A stretch of 64,000 bases of DNA from Parvibacter caecicola (GTDB lineage Bacteria; Actinomycetota; Coriobacteriia; Coriobacteriales; Eggerthellaceae). A program made the translations under genes and the position numbers. Below the pieces are notes generated by a model. That model was not told where the DNA came from. It made no database searches and worked only from the letters and a program-made list of their open reading frames with translations. The stretch lies in NCBI RefSeq assembly GCF_003725335.1, contig NZ_QIBY01000007.1:50719-114718 (forward strand), written 5' to 3'. Of the stretch, positions 38,213 to 47,892 are shown piece after piece (within the stretch, counting starts at the first letter, position 1; the number at the start of each line of letters is the position of its first letter).

Positions 38213-38253
38213 TTGATATTGACTAAGTGTATATCATAGTATACAATCTGTGT
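38213..38253 (+). promoter_or_regulatory. Sigma-70-like promoter (TTGACT-17-TACAAT) overlapping the TGTATA..TATACA palindrome upstream of the toxin gene
   Basis: -35 TTGACT at 38219-24 and -10 TACAAT at 38242-47. The ATG at 38254 lacks an SD, so the mRNA may be leaderless. Confidence 0.5.
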
Positions 38254-38553
38254 ATGTTGGAGATTCTGCAGACAGATGAATTCATCAAATGGATGAAGCG
38301 GCTTCGAAATGCCGATGCTAGAGCGCGCATCAACGTGCGAATCCGCAGGATCTCGCTCACGGGGAACTTCGGCGATACGAAGCCCGTCGGTGACGGAGTC
38401 TACGAGCTGCGCATCGACTACGGACCCGGGTACCGCGTGTACTACTCCCAACACAGAAGCGAGGTTGTCCTGCTGCTCATCGGCGGGGACAAGTCCTCGC
38501 AGCAGAAGGACATCGACAAGGCCAAAAGACTCAATGCGGAATACGAAGGATAG
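38254..38553 (+). CDS. Type II toxin, RelE/ParE superfamily (HigB-like addiction-module killer protein)
   Basis: MLEILQTDEFIKWMKRL...GVYELRIDYGPGYRVYY...LLLIGGDKSSQQKDI, typical of the addiction-module killer family. Confidence 0.72.
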   Translation: MLEILQTDEFIKWMKRLRNADARARINVRIRRISLTGNFGDTKPVGDGVYELRIDYGPGYRVYYSQHRSEVVLLLIGGDKSSQQKDIDKAKRLNAEYEG

Positions 38554-38562
38554 AGGACGATC

Positions 38563-38844
38563 ATGAAGACGGCTACGAAATGGGATGCCTCCGAATACTT
38601 GGAGACCGAAGAGGACATGGCGGCCTACTTGAACGCCGCGCTCGAGGATGGCGACACCTCCGTGGTTGCCGCCGCCCTCGGCGATATCGCACGAGCAAAG
38701 GGAATGACCCAACTCTCCAAGGAGACCGGTATCACCAGAGACGGGCTCTACAAGGCATTGTCTCCTACAGGGAACCCGTCGTTTGATACGGTGCAAAAAG
38801 TCGTTAAAGCGTTTGGGCTTAAGCTTGATGTTGCTACTGCGTGA
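38563..38844 (+). CDS. HigA-family antitoxin (HTH addiction-module antidote protein)
   Basis: 93 aa reading ...AAALGDIARAKGMTQLSKETGITRDGLYKAL. It lies 9 nt after the toxin stop. Confidence 0.72.
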   Translation: MKTATKWDASEYLETEEDMAAYLNAALEDGDTSVVAAALGDIARAKGMTQLSKETGITRDGLYKALSPTGNPSFDTVQKVVKAFGLKLDVATA

Positions 38845-38938
38845 ATGTAACAACAACGCGCAACACTAGCTCTTGGATTTATGTCTCAGACGGGATCCAC
38901 ATATGGAAACAGCTCTTGGAGAAAAGGATTAATTCTGG

Positions 38939-41900
38939 ATGGAAGTAGCCTCGACGCTTGTCTCACTTGCCAGCAAATTAGGCCTGTCAAGCTTATTGGA
39001 TAAAGTCAAAAAATGTAAAAAGAACAGGAAGCTACATCAGATTCGAGAAGATTATCTAACTAGGTCTACATTTGTATCATTCCAACAAGCGCCTCTTTCA
39101 GATTTATTTCAAAATAATGCTTTGTGCGAAGAGCTAATTGCCCATTGTCGCAAAGGCGACTTAGCAAAATCCGCAGTAGTTAATACTTTTCTTTACTCTT
39201 CAAAAGAGGCCCCCTCCGAAGGGCGCTTCTTTGATGCGGAAAAGCTTGTAGGTAATTTTTTTGATGAAGTGGCTGCCGTAATATTCCAGCCAATTGACAA
39301 AAAAGACGAACCCCTTTCTGCAGCGATACAAGAAGGCATCGCCGAAACCAGAGAACTTCAGTCTGACGTTCAGCAGAGCTATAAACAAATGGAAGCGAAG
39401 GTTGATGCTCTAACGGCATCTTTGACAGAGCAACTTGGCTTCTCTTCGCTGACGTTACTCATAAATGCAGTAGAAGACGGGTCGGTTTTGTTTGCCGATT
39501 TCGAATCTGCAGTTGAGACCGATAAAAGTAATAGTGTTTCAGGCAAATATCTTTCTGTATACCTCTCTCTATGTAAAGGTGAAAACCCATGCTTTGATAT
39601 ATCGGACTTCAAGGTCATTGGAACTCCTCTTGCTTCCTCACTGGCTTCGTTGGCAATTTCGACAGGGCAATTGAACACCGCCGTCTGCGTTCTTGGCCTC
39701 TATGACGAAGGAGCCAATTGCGCTAAGGCTGTTGGGGAGATTATTAATAATCCAAATATCGATGAAGAAACGAATCGATATGAGATTGCCGCAGATTCCC
39801 CTTTCTCGCCTTTTGCATGCGTTTTGAATGCCGAGCTCGCATTCATGAACAAAGCCTACGTAATTGCAGACGATCAATTCGCATTGTGCGAAGGGCGACT
39901 TAATCCAGTAGCAAAATGTCATAGTGACATTTCACGCATATGCAAAGCAATGCAGTATTCATTGACTTCTATTTCTCCTGATGACGTAAGGAACTTTGCC
40001 GGGGATTTCCCACTGTGGGGTAGCACATCGCTAAAACATGAATATGGAGAAATCCTTGAAGTTGCTCTTGATCTGATTGGCGAAACAAGTGCAGCGGAAA
40101 TCATTTCGTCTCTTCCTGAGGAAGCGCTGCAACACTTGCCAAACGCACAGCTTCAAGCAGAGATAAGCACGTGCGACGATATCGATAGATTGAGACACTT
40201 ATGCGAAAAGTCGTTGATAAAGCAGCTTTTCCCTGCATTCTTTACATGCGCAGAAGAACTTATATCCAAAGATCCCTCTTGCACGTTGTGGTTAAAACAA
40301 CTGGTAGAGAAGGAGGCTGAGAATGTTTTGGTCAGCAACTTTCTTTTCTTCCTCTTCTATGTCGATAAATTGAATCCATGCGTCTCTTATGAAGAGTACA
40401 AGTACCATGAAAGCTGTTACAGAAATGACCCTCGATTTCATCTGCATGCATACAGGCTGTTTAAGAGCAGCAACCCCGAAGAGGCCTGCAGCCATATCGA
40501 AATGGCACTAAGTCTAATGGCCGCAGGGCAGACATTACCGTGCCCAGACTATTCGAGAGAATGGGTTTGCTATCTTCATGAAAACGAACGTGACTTTCAG
40601 GTGATCGACCTAGTCAGACGATTCGCACCCGTAATTCCCGCAAGGGCTTTCAAGTCAATCGCATTTGCTATAGAAGAACCGTTAGATAAATCGGTTCTCG
40701 CAAGAGAGCTCTTCGAGTTGCTGGAGCAATCGGAGAACGATGATCCGGAGCTGACATGCTTGCTTGCGCAGTATCATGGATTTGTTGCAAATGATCAGCT
40801 TAAAGCGCTCAAGTTCGCAAAGCTATCCTTCAAAAAGCGCCCCTCTCTCGACGCAGCACGGTCCCTGGTTTATGCATCACTTGGCTTATCGTTAGGCATC
40901 CCCGAAGAAGTTGAGCAGTATGCTCTCAATCAAAAGAGCACAGAGCTCGACATGCTCATCGCCGAGCATTACCGGAGAGAGAAAAAGGACTCAAAAGCAG
41001 ATTATCTTTTAAAGCGAGCTATTTTTGATAATAGACCAGACTCCCACCGCGCAATTGCCGCATACGGCTGCAGCCATTTGAGCGATGCCGAGAAAGAGAA
41101 ACCAACTAAGATTGACCACAATACCTGCGCATGCTTGGAAAACAAGGAATCGGGACAGCTGGTCGTAGCTTTTCACTCGGAATCTGATTTGATTCCGAGT
41201 GAAGGAGTTAATGCTCTCGGGATGCAGAACTACACAACAGCATCTCCCCAATATCTTGCAATGCGAGATCATGCCGTTGGAGATCGCGTGCAACTTGGCT
41301 CAGAGTACTGGGAAGTTGTAGACGTAAACAACGTAGATGACGTCATCGGAAAAAAGACCATGGAGATAATCGCAGAAGACCCCTCAACGGTGGTCTTCTC
41401 TTCCCCTGATGGAGACATCGAAGATGTGATTCGGCAAATCTCTGAATACATGGAAGAGCACAAACAGCAGAGCAACGTTTATTCTGACGGCATTCGAGTT
41501 AACGATGGCACAGTTGTTTTTCTGGGGATCGAGACAGGGTGTGCGCTCTACCCCATCAAGCCATTTGAGTTTATCCTAAATGTGCTCAAAGGGGATGATG
41601 TCCCATTTCGGAGAATAGAAATAGGCTTTTCTTCTCCCATGACAGGGGAAGAGACGTTTCTTCTCTCTTATAATGCCATCGTTCTTCTGGCTGCTCTTGA
41701 AGAGCTAGGCGTCGACTGTGACCCAATCATGAGTCGTTGCAGCATTACCACATCAACGAAAAAACGTCTGCAGCTAGACATTCAAGATTATTCTGATTCG
41801 TTATACGGCGCTGGGAAAATGGTTTCAGTCGATGGACGCGCCACTCTATTGCAGTATGACGCTGCAGCCAAGCAAGAACTGAGCGCAATTTGCGCAAATA

Positions 41901-42280
41901 CATTAGGCTTTCTTAACAAATTGAGACAAGTTGAACTTGCTCAGATCGATAAGCTTCCTTCAAGTTTCCCGTTTCTTGACCAGAATACGCTAGGCGACAT
42001 GGAAACGGCAAGACAAGGTGGGATGTTTTATGTGACAGAAGACTGTTTTCAGGCGCTTTTCTCTGATATTTCCGAATCCGCCCCTCAGAGATGCAGTCTG
42101 TACAGTCTTCTTATTGCACTCGGAATGAGGGAAGCCGCCCTGTTTGCACTTCCGAAAGCAATGCACCAGTGGGGAGCCGATCCGTATGTTGATGTCAATG
42201 TTGCTAACGTGGTAATTCAGATTCTTGAGTCGTTTACGCAAGGCGCCGGAAGCCCCATACCAAATGAACAAGATACGTAA
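38939..42280 (+). CDS. Large hypothetical protein (1113 aa), AT-rich, predicted alpha-helical
   Basis: Long uninterrupted ORF at about 42% GC in a high-GC genome. No Walker A motif and no recognisable catalytic motif. Confidence 0.5.
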   Translation: MEVASTLVSLASKLGLSSLLDKVKKCKKNRKLHQIREDYLTRSTFVSFQQAPLSDLFQNNALCEELIAHCRKGDLAKSAVVNTFLYSSKEAPSEGRFFDAEKLVGNFFDEVAAVIFQPIDKKDEPLSAAIQEGIAETRELQSDVQQSYKQMEAKVDALTASLTEQLGFSSLTLLINAVEDGSVLFADFESAVETDKSNSVSGKYLSVYLSLCKGENPCFDISDFKVIGTPLASSLASLAISTGQLNTAVCVLGLYDEGANCAKAVGEIINNPNIDEETNRYEIAADSPFSPFACVLNAELAFMNKAYVIADDQFALCEGRLNPVAKCHSDISRICKAMQYSLTSISPDDVRNFAGDFPLWGSTSLKHEYGEILEVALDLIGETSAAEIISSLPEEALQHLPNAQLQAEISTCDDIDRLRHLCEKSLIKQLFPAFFTCAEELISKDPSCTLWLKQLVEKEAENVLVSNFLFFLFYVDKLNPCVSYEEYKYHESCYRNDPRFHLHAYRLFKSSNPEEACSHIEMALSLMAAGQTLPCPDYSREWVCYLHENERDFQVIDLVRRFAPVIPARAFKSIAFAIEEPLDKSVLARELFELLEQSENDDPELTCLLAQYHGFVANDQLKALKFAKLSFKKRPSLDAARSLVYASLGLSLGIPEEVEQYALNQKSTELDMLIAEHYRREKKDSKADYLLKRAIFDNRPDSHRAIAAYGCSHLSDAEKEKPTKIDHNTCACLENKESGQLVVAFHSESDLIPSEGVNALGMQNYTTASPQYLAMRDHAVGDRVQLGSEYWEVVDVNNVDDVIGKKTMEIIAEDPSTVVFSSPDGDIEDVIRQISEYMEEHKQQSNVYSDGIRVNDGTVVFLGIETGCALYPIKPFEFILNVLKGDDVPFRRIEIGFSSPMTGEETFLLSYNAIVLLAALEELGVDCDPIMSRCSITTSTKKRLQLDIQDYSDSLYGAGKMVSVDGRATLLQYDAAAKQELSAICANTLGFLNKLRQVELAQIDKLPSSFPFLDQNTLGDMETARQGGMFYVTEDCFQALFSDISESAPQRCSLYSLLIALGMREAALFALPKAMHQWGADPYVDVNVANVVIQILESFTQGAGSPIPNEQDT

Positions 42281-42360
42281 CGGTGTCATAAGTCATTCCT
42301 TATAGCTTCTCTATAAGTCATCCTTCTCTTCGCACAGTCCGACGCGTGAAAGGAGAAGCC

Positions 42361-42450
42361 ATGACAGCATACAAAGACGAGAAGCGCGGGACCTGGTTCG
42401 CGAACTTCAGGTACAAGGACTGGAGGGGTGAACCTCAGCGAAAGGGGTAA
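42361..42450 (+). pseudogene. Tyrosine integrase N-terminal remnant (29 codons) truncated at the IS256-family insertion
   Basis: MTAYKDEKRGTWFANFRYKDWRGEPQRKG aligns with the N-terminus of the intact integrase at 48249 (SKDRERGTFYVQCRYKDWTGEPKKK). The stop lies inside the IS inverted repeat. Good SD. Confidence 0.6.
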
Positions 42451-43780
42451 CGTACAATCTCTTGCGCACTTTGACAGCAGCATAGTCTAGATACCAAAAG
42501 ACACGGCTCTGGCCTTCGGTATGATTTGAGTGTCGAATTCAATCATGCTAGGAGGCTGAGCCATGTCCGATCCCATCGTATCATTCGACGAGGCCGCCAT
42601 GCGCGGCGAGCTCAAAGAACTCGTCCGCCAGACGGTCGAGGACACCCTGAACGCGCTTCTCGAGGAGGAAGCCGACGACCTCATAGGCGCAGACCGCTAC
42701 GAGAGGACGGCCGACCGCGAGGCGTACCGCGCCGGCCACTACGAGCGGGGGCTCACCACCACATCGGGGCAGGTCATACTGAAGATGCCCAAGCTCAAGG
42801 GCATGAGGTTCGCAACGGCGATCATCGAGCGCTACAGGCGCCGGGAGACCTCCGTGGAGGAGGCCATGATCGAGATGTACCTGGCCGGGGTGTCCACCAG
42901 GCGCATCGAGGACGTCTCCGAGATACTCTGGGGCTCGTCGGTGTCCGCCGCCACCGTGTCCAATCTCAACGAGAGGGCGTTCGAGGCCGTCGAGGAGTGG
43001 AGGAGCAGGCCGCTGACCCGCCCCTACCCCTACGTCTTCGTCGACGGCATCTACCTCAAGCGCTCCTGGGGCGGCTCGTTCGAGAACGTGGCCGTGATGG
43101 TGGCCATAGGCGTCAACGACGACGGCTACCGCGAGGTGATAGGCGCCGCCGAGGGCTTCACCGAGTCCGCCGAGTGCTGGCGGGAGTTCCTCTCGTGGCT
43201 GAAGGGCCGCGGCCTCTCCGGCGTGCGCATGTTCACCGGCGACAAGGCCGCCGCCATGACCGGGGTCATCGCCGAGGTGTTCCCAGAGGCTGCCTATCAG
43301 CGCTGCACGGTGCACTTCTACCGCAACGTCCTGGCCAAGGTGCCGAAATCAAAGAGGAGCCAGGTGGCGGCCATGCTCAAGGCCATCCACTCCCAGGAGT
43401 CGCTGGAGGCCAGCATGGAGAAAGCCAGCGACGTCGCCGCCAAATTGGACGGCATGAGGCTGGCGGCGGCAGCCAAGTGCGTTCGCGACGGCATCGCGGA
43501 GACGCTGACCTACACGCGCTTTCCAATGCGGCACTGGCGTCGTATCCGCACCAACAACGCCATAGAGAGGCTGAACCGCGAGATCCGCCGCCGCACGCGA
43601 GTGGTGGGCACGTTCCCCGACGGTAAGAGCGCCCTCATGCTGGTGATGGCCAGGCTCAAGTACGTGGCCGACAGCGAGTGGGGATCGAGGAGGTACCCGG
43701 ACGTGTCGCTGCTGGGCGAGTGATCATGCCGACGGCTGACCGCCGGCTGCTGGAATTTGCGCAAGAATCTGGACAGTACC
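42446..43780 (+). mobile_element. IS256-family insertion sequence, about 1.33 kb
   Basis: Imperfect terminal inverted repeats GGTAACGTACAATCTCTTGCGCAC..CAGCAGC (left) and GCTGCTGG..TGCGCAAGAATCTGGACAGTACC (right) flank a mutator-type transposase. GC content is higher than in neighbouring DNA. No target-site duplication was found. Confidence 0.75.
42563..43723 (+). CDS. IS256-family (mutator-type) transposase
   Basis: 386 aa with family signatures YERGLTTTSGQVILKMPKLKG and FPEAAYQRCTVHFYRNVLAKVPK. Confidence 0.9.
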   Translation: MSDPIVSFDEAAMRGELKELVRQTVEDTLNALLEEEADDLIGADRYERTADREAYRAGHYERGLTTTSGQVILKMPKLKGMRFATAIIERYRRRETSVEEAMIEMYLAGVSTRRIEDVSEILWGSSVSAATVSNLNERAFEAVEEWRSRPLTRPYPYVFVDGIYLKRSWGGSFENVAVMVAIGVNDDGYREVIGAAEGFTESAECWREFLSWLKGRGLSGVRMFTGDKAAAMTGVIAEVFPEAAYQRCTVHFYRNVLAKVPKSKRSQVAAMLKAIHSQESLEASMEKASDVAAKLDGMRLAAAAKCVRDGIAETLTYTRFPMRHWRRIRTNNAIERLNREIRRRTRVVGTFPDGKSALMLVMARLKYVADSEWGSRRYPDVSLLGE

Positions 43781-43887
43781 AGAATCTAGATCGATAAGGG
43801 CTCAAGTTGACAATTCTCCAATAAAGTTTCTGAATGTCTACATGGTACCGCAGGCTGGAATCCGTACGGAGTAATTTCAAAATGCTC

Positions 43888-44673
43888 CTACAAACGCTGA
43901 CATCTTGCAGGCTGCTTAATAGCTTTTTCAATTTGAGGAGTGATGCAGTTCACAGCTTCTAAGAGCTGCGAGCGAAAGTCATCCAGGCTCTTTTGACCAT
44001 ATATGGCCAGAATGGCGCATTCGACTTCATCACCGAATTCATTCCCTATGGAAGCTACTTCGTTGAACAATTCGTCGATTTCGACGACAAGCTCTCGATC
44101 CAGTTCGTCAACCTGTTGACTAGATGCATAGAATGTGGATTGGCAGTCCAGCTCGATAATTTGCGTTCTGCATTTCAGCATTTCACACATGCAATTTAGA
44201 CGATAAATTCTAGGGTCCAAATTCATAGCCATACTGCGTAATTTATTTAGTGAACCAACCTTTTTCTTGCTAAGAAAAAGGTTATCGTCGATTTCAGTGC
44301 AGATAAGATTCGCGTAGTGCATACCCGGGCCATTAATACAGCTCAAACATGGCGCAAAGAGCTTTGGAGGTATTTTGTATTGACGTGCAAATTCAAACGA
44401 TATAATCAACTGCTTCAAGCATCCCGAGAAGGCTATGCAAAGCTCAAAGAGCATGACTTTTTGTTTTCGTAACCCAATTTTTAGCTCACACAATGATGTT
44501 GCAACGGCCAAGAAAGCACCTGAAATAAAACCCGTTAACAGTCCTAGAATACAGCTATAGTACCGGTCATCAAGAGATAAGAGCGGCAACAATAGCATGG
44601 CAACAATTCCCAGTCCTCCAATTGCCATGCAGATGAATAATGTATATCTACGCGTTTTCAAGTTGGTCCTCAA
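43888..44673 (-). CDS. Hypothetical membrane protein
   Basis: 261 aa with N-terminal TM helices. AT-rich. Confidence 0.4.
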   Translation of the reverse strand: MRTNLKTRRYTLFICMAIGGLGIVAMLLLPLLSLDDRYYSCILGLLTGFISGAFLAVATSLCELKIGLRKQKVMLFELCIAFSGCLKQLIISFEFARQYKIPPKLFAPCLSCINGPGMHYANLICTEIDDNLFLSKKKVGSLNKLRSMAMNLDPRIYRLNCMCEMLKCRTQIIELDCQSTFYASSQQVDELDRELVVEIDELFNEVASIGNEFGDEVECAILAIYGQKSLDDFRSQLLEAVNCITPQIEKAIKQPARCQRL

Positions 44674-44800
44674 TATGATTGATTGCTGGATAAAACATTT
44701 ATCCAGCTAGAGCTCTAATTTAATTCTGCGACTCTTTCGAAGGCAGTTAGAATCGTCTAAATAGGGACTCGAATGTGCGCCCGTATGAACACGCATTAAC

Positions 44801-44823
44801 CTATTCCCACTCGATGGCGTATC
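44801..44823 (-). other. Remnant copy of the guaA 3' end (encodes ...YAIEWE-stop); candidate att core marking the left end of the guaA-proximal element
   Basis: The reverse complement of CTATTCCCACTCGATGGCGTATC reads YAIEWE*. It matches the guaA terminus at 56604-56624 at 15 of 18 positions. Confidence 0.55.
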
Positions 44824-44948
44824 TTTGTCTTTCGTTTCAATAGATGCGTTAGCAGATCATCTCGTTTACCGTATATATCTAAATTACATCAAACGTGGTA
44901 CTCATAGAGCACTCAGGGGCACTTCTTGCTCTGCAAAGAAGCGTTTTT

Positions 44949-45266
44949 TCAACTTTCCCGTTTAGAAAGACCCAACGAATTCATCCTTGATTGGACTCTG
45001 CTCAATTCAGTATTTAACTGTGTAACGTATGCCGCACATACCTCTCCATAAAGATCATGCACGCGTTCTTCTGGAATATCAGCAACGACCTGAATATCTT
45101 CATTGACCATCTGCGCTAGAAGTGCATCGAAGACGCTCTTTACTTGCTCCTCGTTGGTCTCGTCATCTAAATTCAAATCTTGATCTGCTCCCCCAATATT
45201 GAAGCGAAGAATATTATTTCCATTTTCTCTTTGAGTAAGCACCGCTTTAACAACTTGCACTGTCAT
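44949..45266 (-). CDS. Small hypothetical protein downstream of the Ppl-like gene
   Basis: ORF overlapping the 3' end of the Ppl-like gene. No motif. Start uncertain. Confidence 0.25.
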   Translation of the reverse strand: MTVQVVKAVLTQRENGNNILRFNIGGADQDLNLDDETNEEQVKSVFDALLAQMVNEDIQVVADIPEERVHDLYGEVCAAYVTQLNTELSRVQSRMNSLGLSKRES

Positions 45267-47370
45267 AAATATAGCCTCTCTCATCAAAAGCTTCACGGCC
45301 GCCTTCAAGTGTTCGTAAACTGGTTTCGGTCCAATTCAAGCTATTGGATTGATCAGTAATATCGGTCAGTTTATCAACGAACGGATTTCCGATATATGTT
45401 CTGTATTCATCACCTGAAACATGCTCTCTGTAAATTGATCTATAAGGTAAACATCTCACTGCAATGTTTGCGTTATGCGTTGCGACAACAACTGTTTTGT
45501 TCAATCGCCCCAATTCAATGAGCTTTGGCCTGATCGAATCTTCAATAAACGTATTTCCCATGCCGAGCTCAGGCTCGTCTATCAAATAGAAACTTGCCTC
45601 TCGATCCAAAGCCCTACGAAGCAACAAGATACCCTTCTCCCCATTGGAGGGCTCGTATTTTTTGCCATCCTTAGTAGTTAGGAATCGATCAACTCCTACA
45701 AAACAGTCGAGATTTATGTACCCCGACCCTTCAAGAAGGTCTGTTAGTTTCTTTAAGCTATTACGATAATCAATCTTCAGAGCATTCTTATTCGCTGCTT
45801 TAAATGCCGCTACATGATTCTTAACTTGAGTATATGTTCCGGAATAATGGTCTTTCGTGCTATTTCCTGAAAACATGCTCCACTCAGTCGTAATGAACAA
45901 ATCGCCCTTTCCGTCAAGCGGTCCGAGATATTCTGGATCCGACTTTGTGGGGGCTTCAAGCGCAGAGCAGATACAGCGTAATGCATGGGCTAATTCAAGT
46001 CTGGCACATGCATATGCTTCAAACCCAACAGTTGTCGGGATAGGCTTCGAACCTTTGCTTCCTGCAACTAGCGTCTTTAAAGTATTAATCGTGAACTCAG
46101 AGACTTTAAGGGTTTCGACTCTTACGAATTCTTTCGTCTGTTTTTCAATTATCTTGGCTTCTAGGATGCCAAGTATTGCTTGCAGAGTCTGCTCTTCATC
46201 TTGCGTTAGGTATTTTCCAAGATCGATCTTTGCTATCGCCTTTTTTATTGCATCAGCATTATTCGCATCGTTCCCAAGCGAAGTTAACTCGGTTTCATCG
46301 GGGACTCCAAAGCTGGTCATTTTAACGATACACATCTTGATTTTCGCATCATCATTTCCATTGGTTCTTATCCAATCAAGATAGTCTTTAATGGGTGTTA
46401 CCGCTGGCTCATTCCAGTTCAAGATTGTTGAAAAGTCATTTTCGCAAGAATCGACTCCTAAGACCGCAGCAGACCTAGTAACTGTTGTCTTCTCAAGTAG
46501 TTTTGCCAAATCTTCATCTCGCTTGGATCCGGCATAGTGAACGCATCGTTTGCCCTGGAGCTTAAGTTCGCTTGCAATAGAGTCCAATATCCTACTCTTG
46601 CCAGTACCTTTTTCGCCAAAGACAATATTGACGTCATTGTAGATTTCAAGATTGAAACTTTCGTTATCAACTGGATGTATCGTGAAGGGCGAGAGGGTTT
46701 TTGCGTCCAGTAAATGCTGAACCACGGTAGTATCACGTTTGGCAAGCATTTTTAACTGTTCAAAACTGCTTACAGGGAGTCGAAGCTCCGCGAAATTACA
46801 TTCTTCGTAATGAGCCCAGTCTCTGACATCGCTTCCAATGATCATATTGTCGCCATGGAAAGCGCAGATGCCTACAGTCCTCAGATCTTTAGGCTCCAAA
46901 AACAGCCTTTCCCTGGGCACTAATTCTTCGAATAGCTTTTTATCTTCCTCGCCAATGGCCTTTGCTTTATCCGCATAATGGGGGATGAATAAAGTATTGA
47001 GCGCAATAAAAGCTGCCACTATCTCTTCGAGATCCGCAGAGAAATCATCAGGTTTTTGACCATTAATTAGTTTTGAAAGTGCTTCGTTAAAGCTATCAAC
47101 TTCAGCAGGATCTGCAACTACAATCACATGAAATGCTTTGCTCGCATTCTTCGATATTCCATCTAGTTCCACTCCTGGCCAGACTATGCATATATCTTGG
47201 TTTGAAAAATCTTGGTATTGTTCGAAATCGAAATCGTTATGGTTGGTGATTGCAATTAAATCGACACCAGCCAGTTCTGCTTTTTTACATAACAATTCCT
47301 TATCTACATTGCGTGACACCGGATCTCCGCTTTTGGTTTTATTCGTATGGCAGTGAAGGTCAATTCTCAT
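45247..47370 (-). CDS. PHP-domain plus ABC-type ATPase protein (Ppl-like single-gene anti-phage protein)
   Basis: N-terminal PHP fold (MRIDLHCHTNKTKSGD...LIAITNHND). Walker A GEKGTGKS and Walker B FYLIDEPELGMG (AAA_21/OLD-like). Confidence 0.7.
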   Translation of the reverse strand: MRIDLHCHTNKTKSGDPVSRNVDKELLCKKAELAGVDLIAITNHNDFDFEQYQDFSNQDICIVWPGVELDGISKNASKAFHVIVVADPAEVDSFNEALSKLINGQKPDDFSADLEEIVAAFIALNTLFIPHYADKAKAIGEEDKKLFEELVPRERLFLEPKDLRTVGICAFHGDNMIIGSDVRDWAHYEECNFAELRLPVSSFEQLKMLAKRDTTVVQHLLDAKTLSPFTIHPVDNESFNLEIYNDVNIVFGEKGTGKSRILDSIASELKLQGKRCVHYAGSKRDEDLAKLLEKTTVTRSAAVLGVDSCENDFSTILNWNEPAVTPIKDYLDWIRTNGNDDAKIKMCIVKMTSFGVPDETELTSLGNDANNADAIKKAIAKIDLGKYLTQDEEQTLQAILGILEAKIIEKQTKEFVRVETLKVSEFTINTLKTLVAGSKGSKPIPTTVGFEAYACARLELAHALRCICSALEAPTKSDPEYLGPLDGKGDLFITTEWSMFSGNSTKDHYSGTYTQVKNHVAAFKAANKNALKIDYRNSLKKLTDLLEGSGYINLDCFVGVDRFLTTKDGKKYEPSNGEKGILLLRRALDREASFYLIDEPELGMGNTFIEDSIRPKLIELGRLNKTVVVATHNANIAVRCLPYRSIYREHVSGDEYRTYIGNPFVDKLTDITDQSNSLNWTETSLRTLEGGREAFDERGYIYDSASC

Positions 47371-47376
47371 TAATTC

Positions 47377-47865
47377 CTACTTCCCCGAATATGGGCTCTT
47401 GCCGTCATCGGTCTTAACCCATGTTCCGTTATCCCAGGTGCGCTTCCACTCTGCGTACTCTTCTTTAGTGATCTCGTGATTGTCGAGCTTCTGACGCATC
47501 TCTTCCCAATCACGAACGAACTCTGCGAAGAAGTCCATTGCAGAGCCGTAGCCCTTAACAATGGCGGGCACGCCGTCAATTTCACGCACGGTATAGCCGA
47601 ACGCGTCCTCATTCTCCAGGATCGCGTAAGCGAATTCGCGCCTGTTCCTGAACGTGGGCGCACTCAGATACTCAGGCCTCACCCCTAGCGCCCTTGCGAT
47701 CCGGTCCAGAATCTCCGGCTTGGGATTACGGTCGCCGAGCTCGTATGCACGGTAAGCCGACTCGGTTATCTTCGCCTTATCAGCCACCTCTTTCTGGGTG
47801 AGGTGAAGCTCATCGCGCAAAGACTTCAGCTTCTTCGCAAGGCTGGGAACTTCCTTTTTCTTCAT
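47377..47865 (-). CDS. XRE-family HTH transcriptional regulator
   Basis: LTQKEVADKAKITESAYRAYELGDRNP HTH_3 motif. Its stop lies 6 nt before the start of the Ppl-like gene. Confidence 0.8.
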   Translation of the reverse strand: MKKKEVPSLAKKLKSLRDELHLTQKEVADKAKITESAYRAYELGDRNPKPEILDRIARALGVRPEYLSAPTFRNRREFAYAILENEDAFGYTVREIDGVPAIVKGYGSAMDFFAEFVRDWEEMRQKLDNHEITKEEYAEWKRTWDNGTWVKTDDGKSPYSGK

Positions 47866-47892
47866 AGACAGAGACCCTTCTCATGACGTAAG

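Noticed and set aside
38146-38856. 236-aa minus-strand ORF
   Set aside because: Antisense to the HigB/HigA-like pair, which has family signatures, a promoter and tight spacing.
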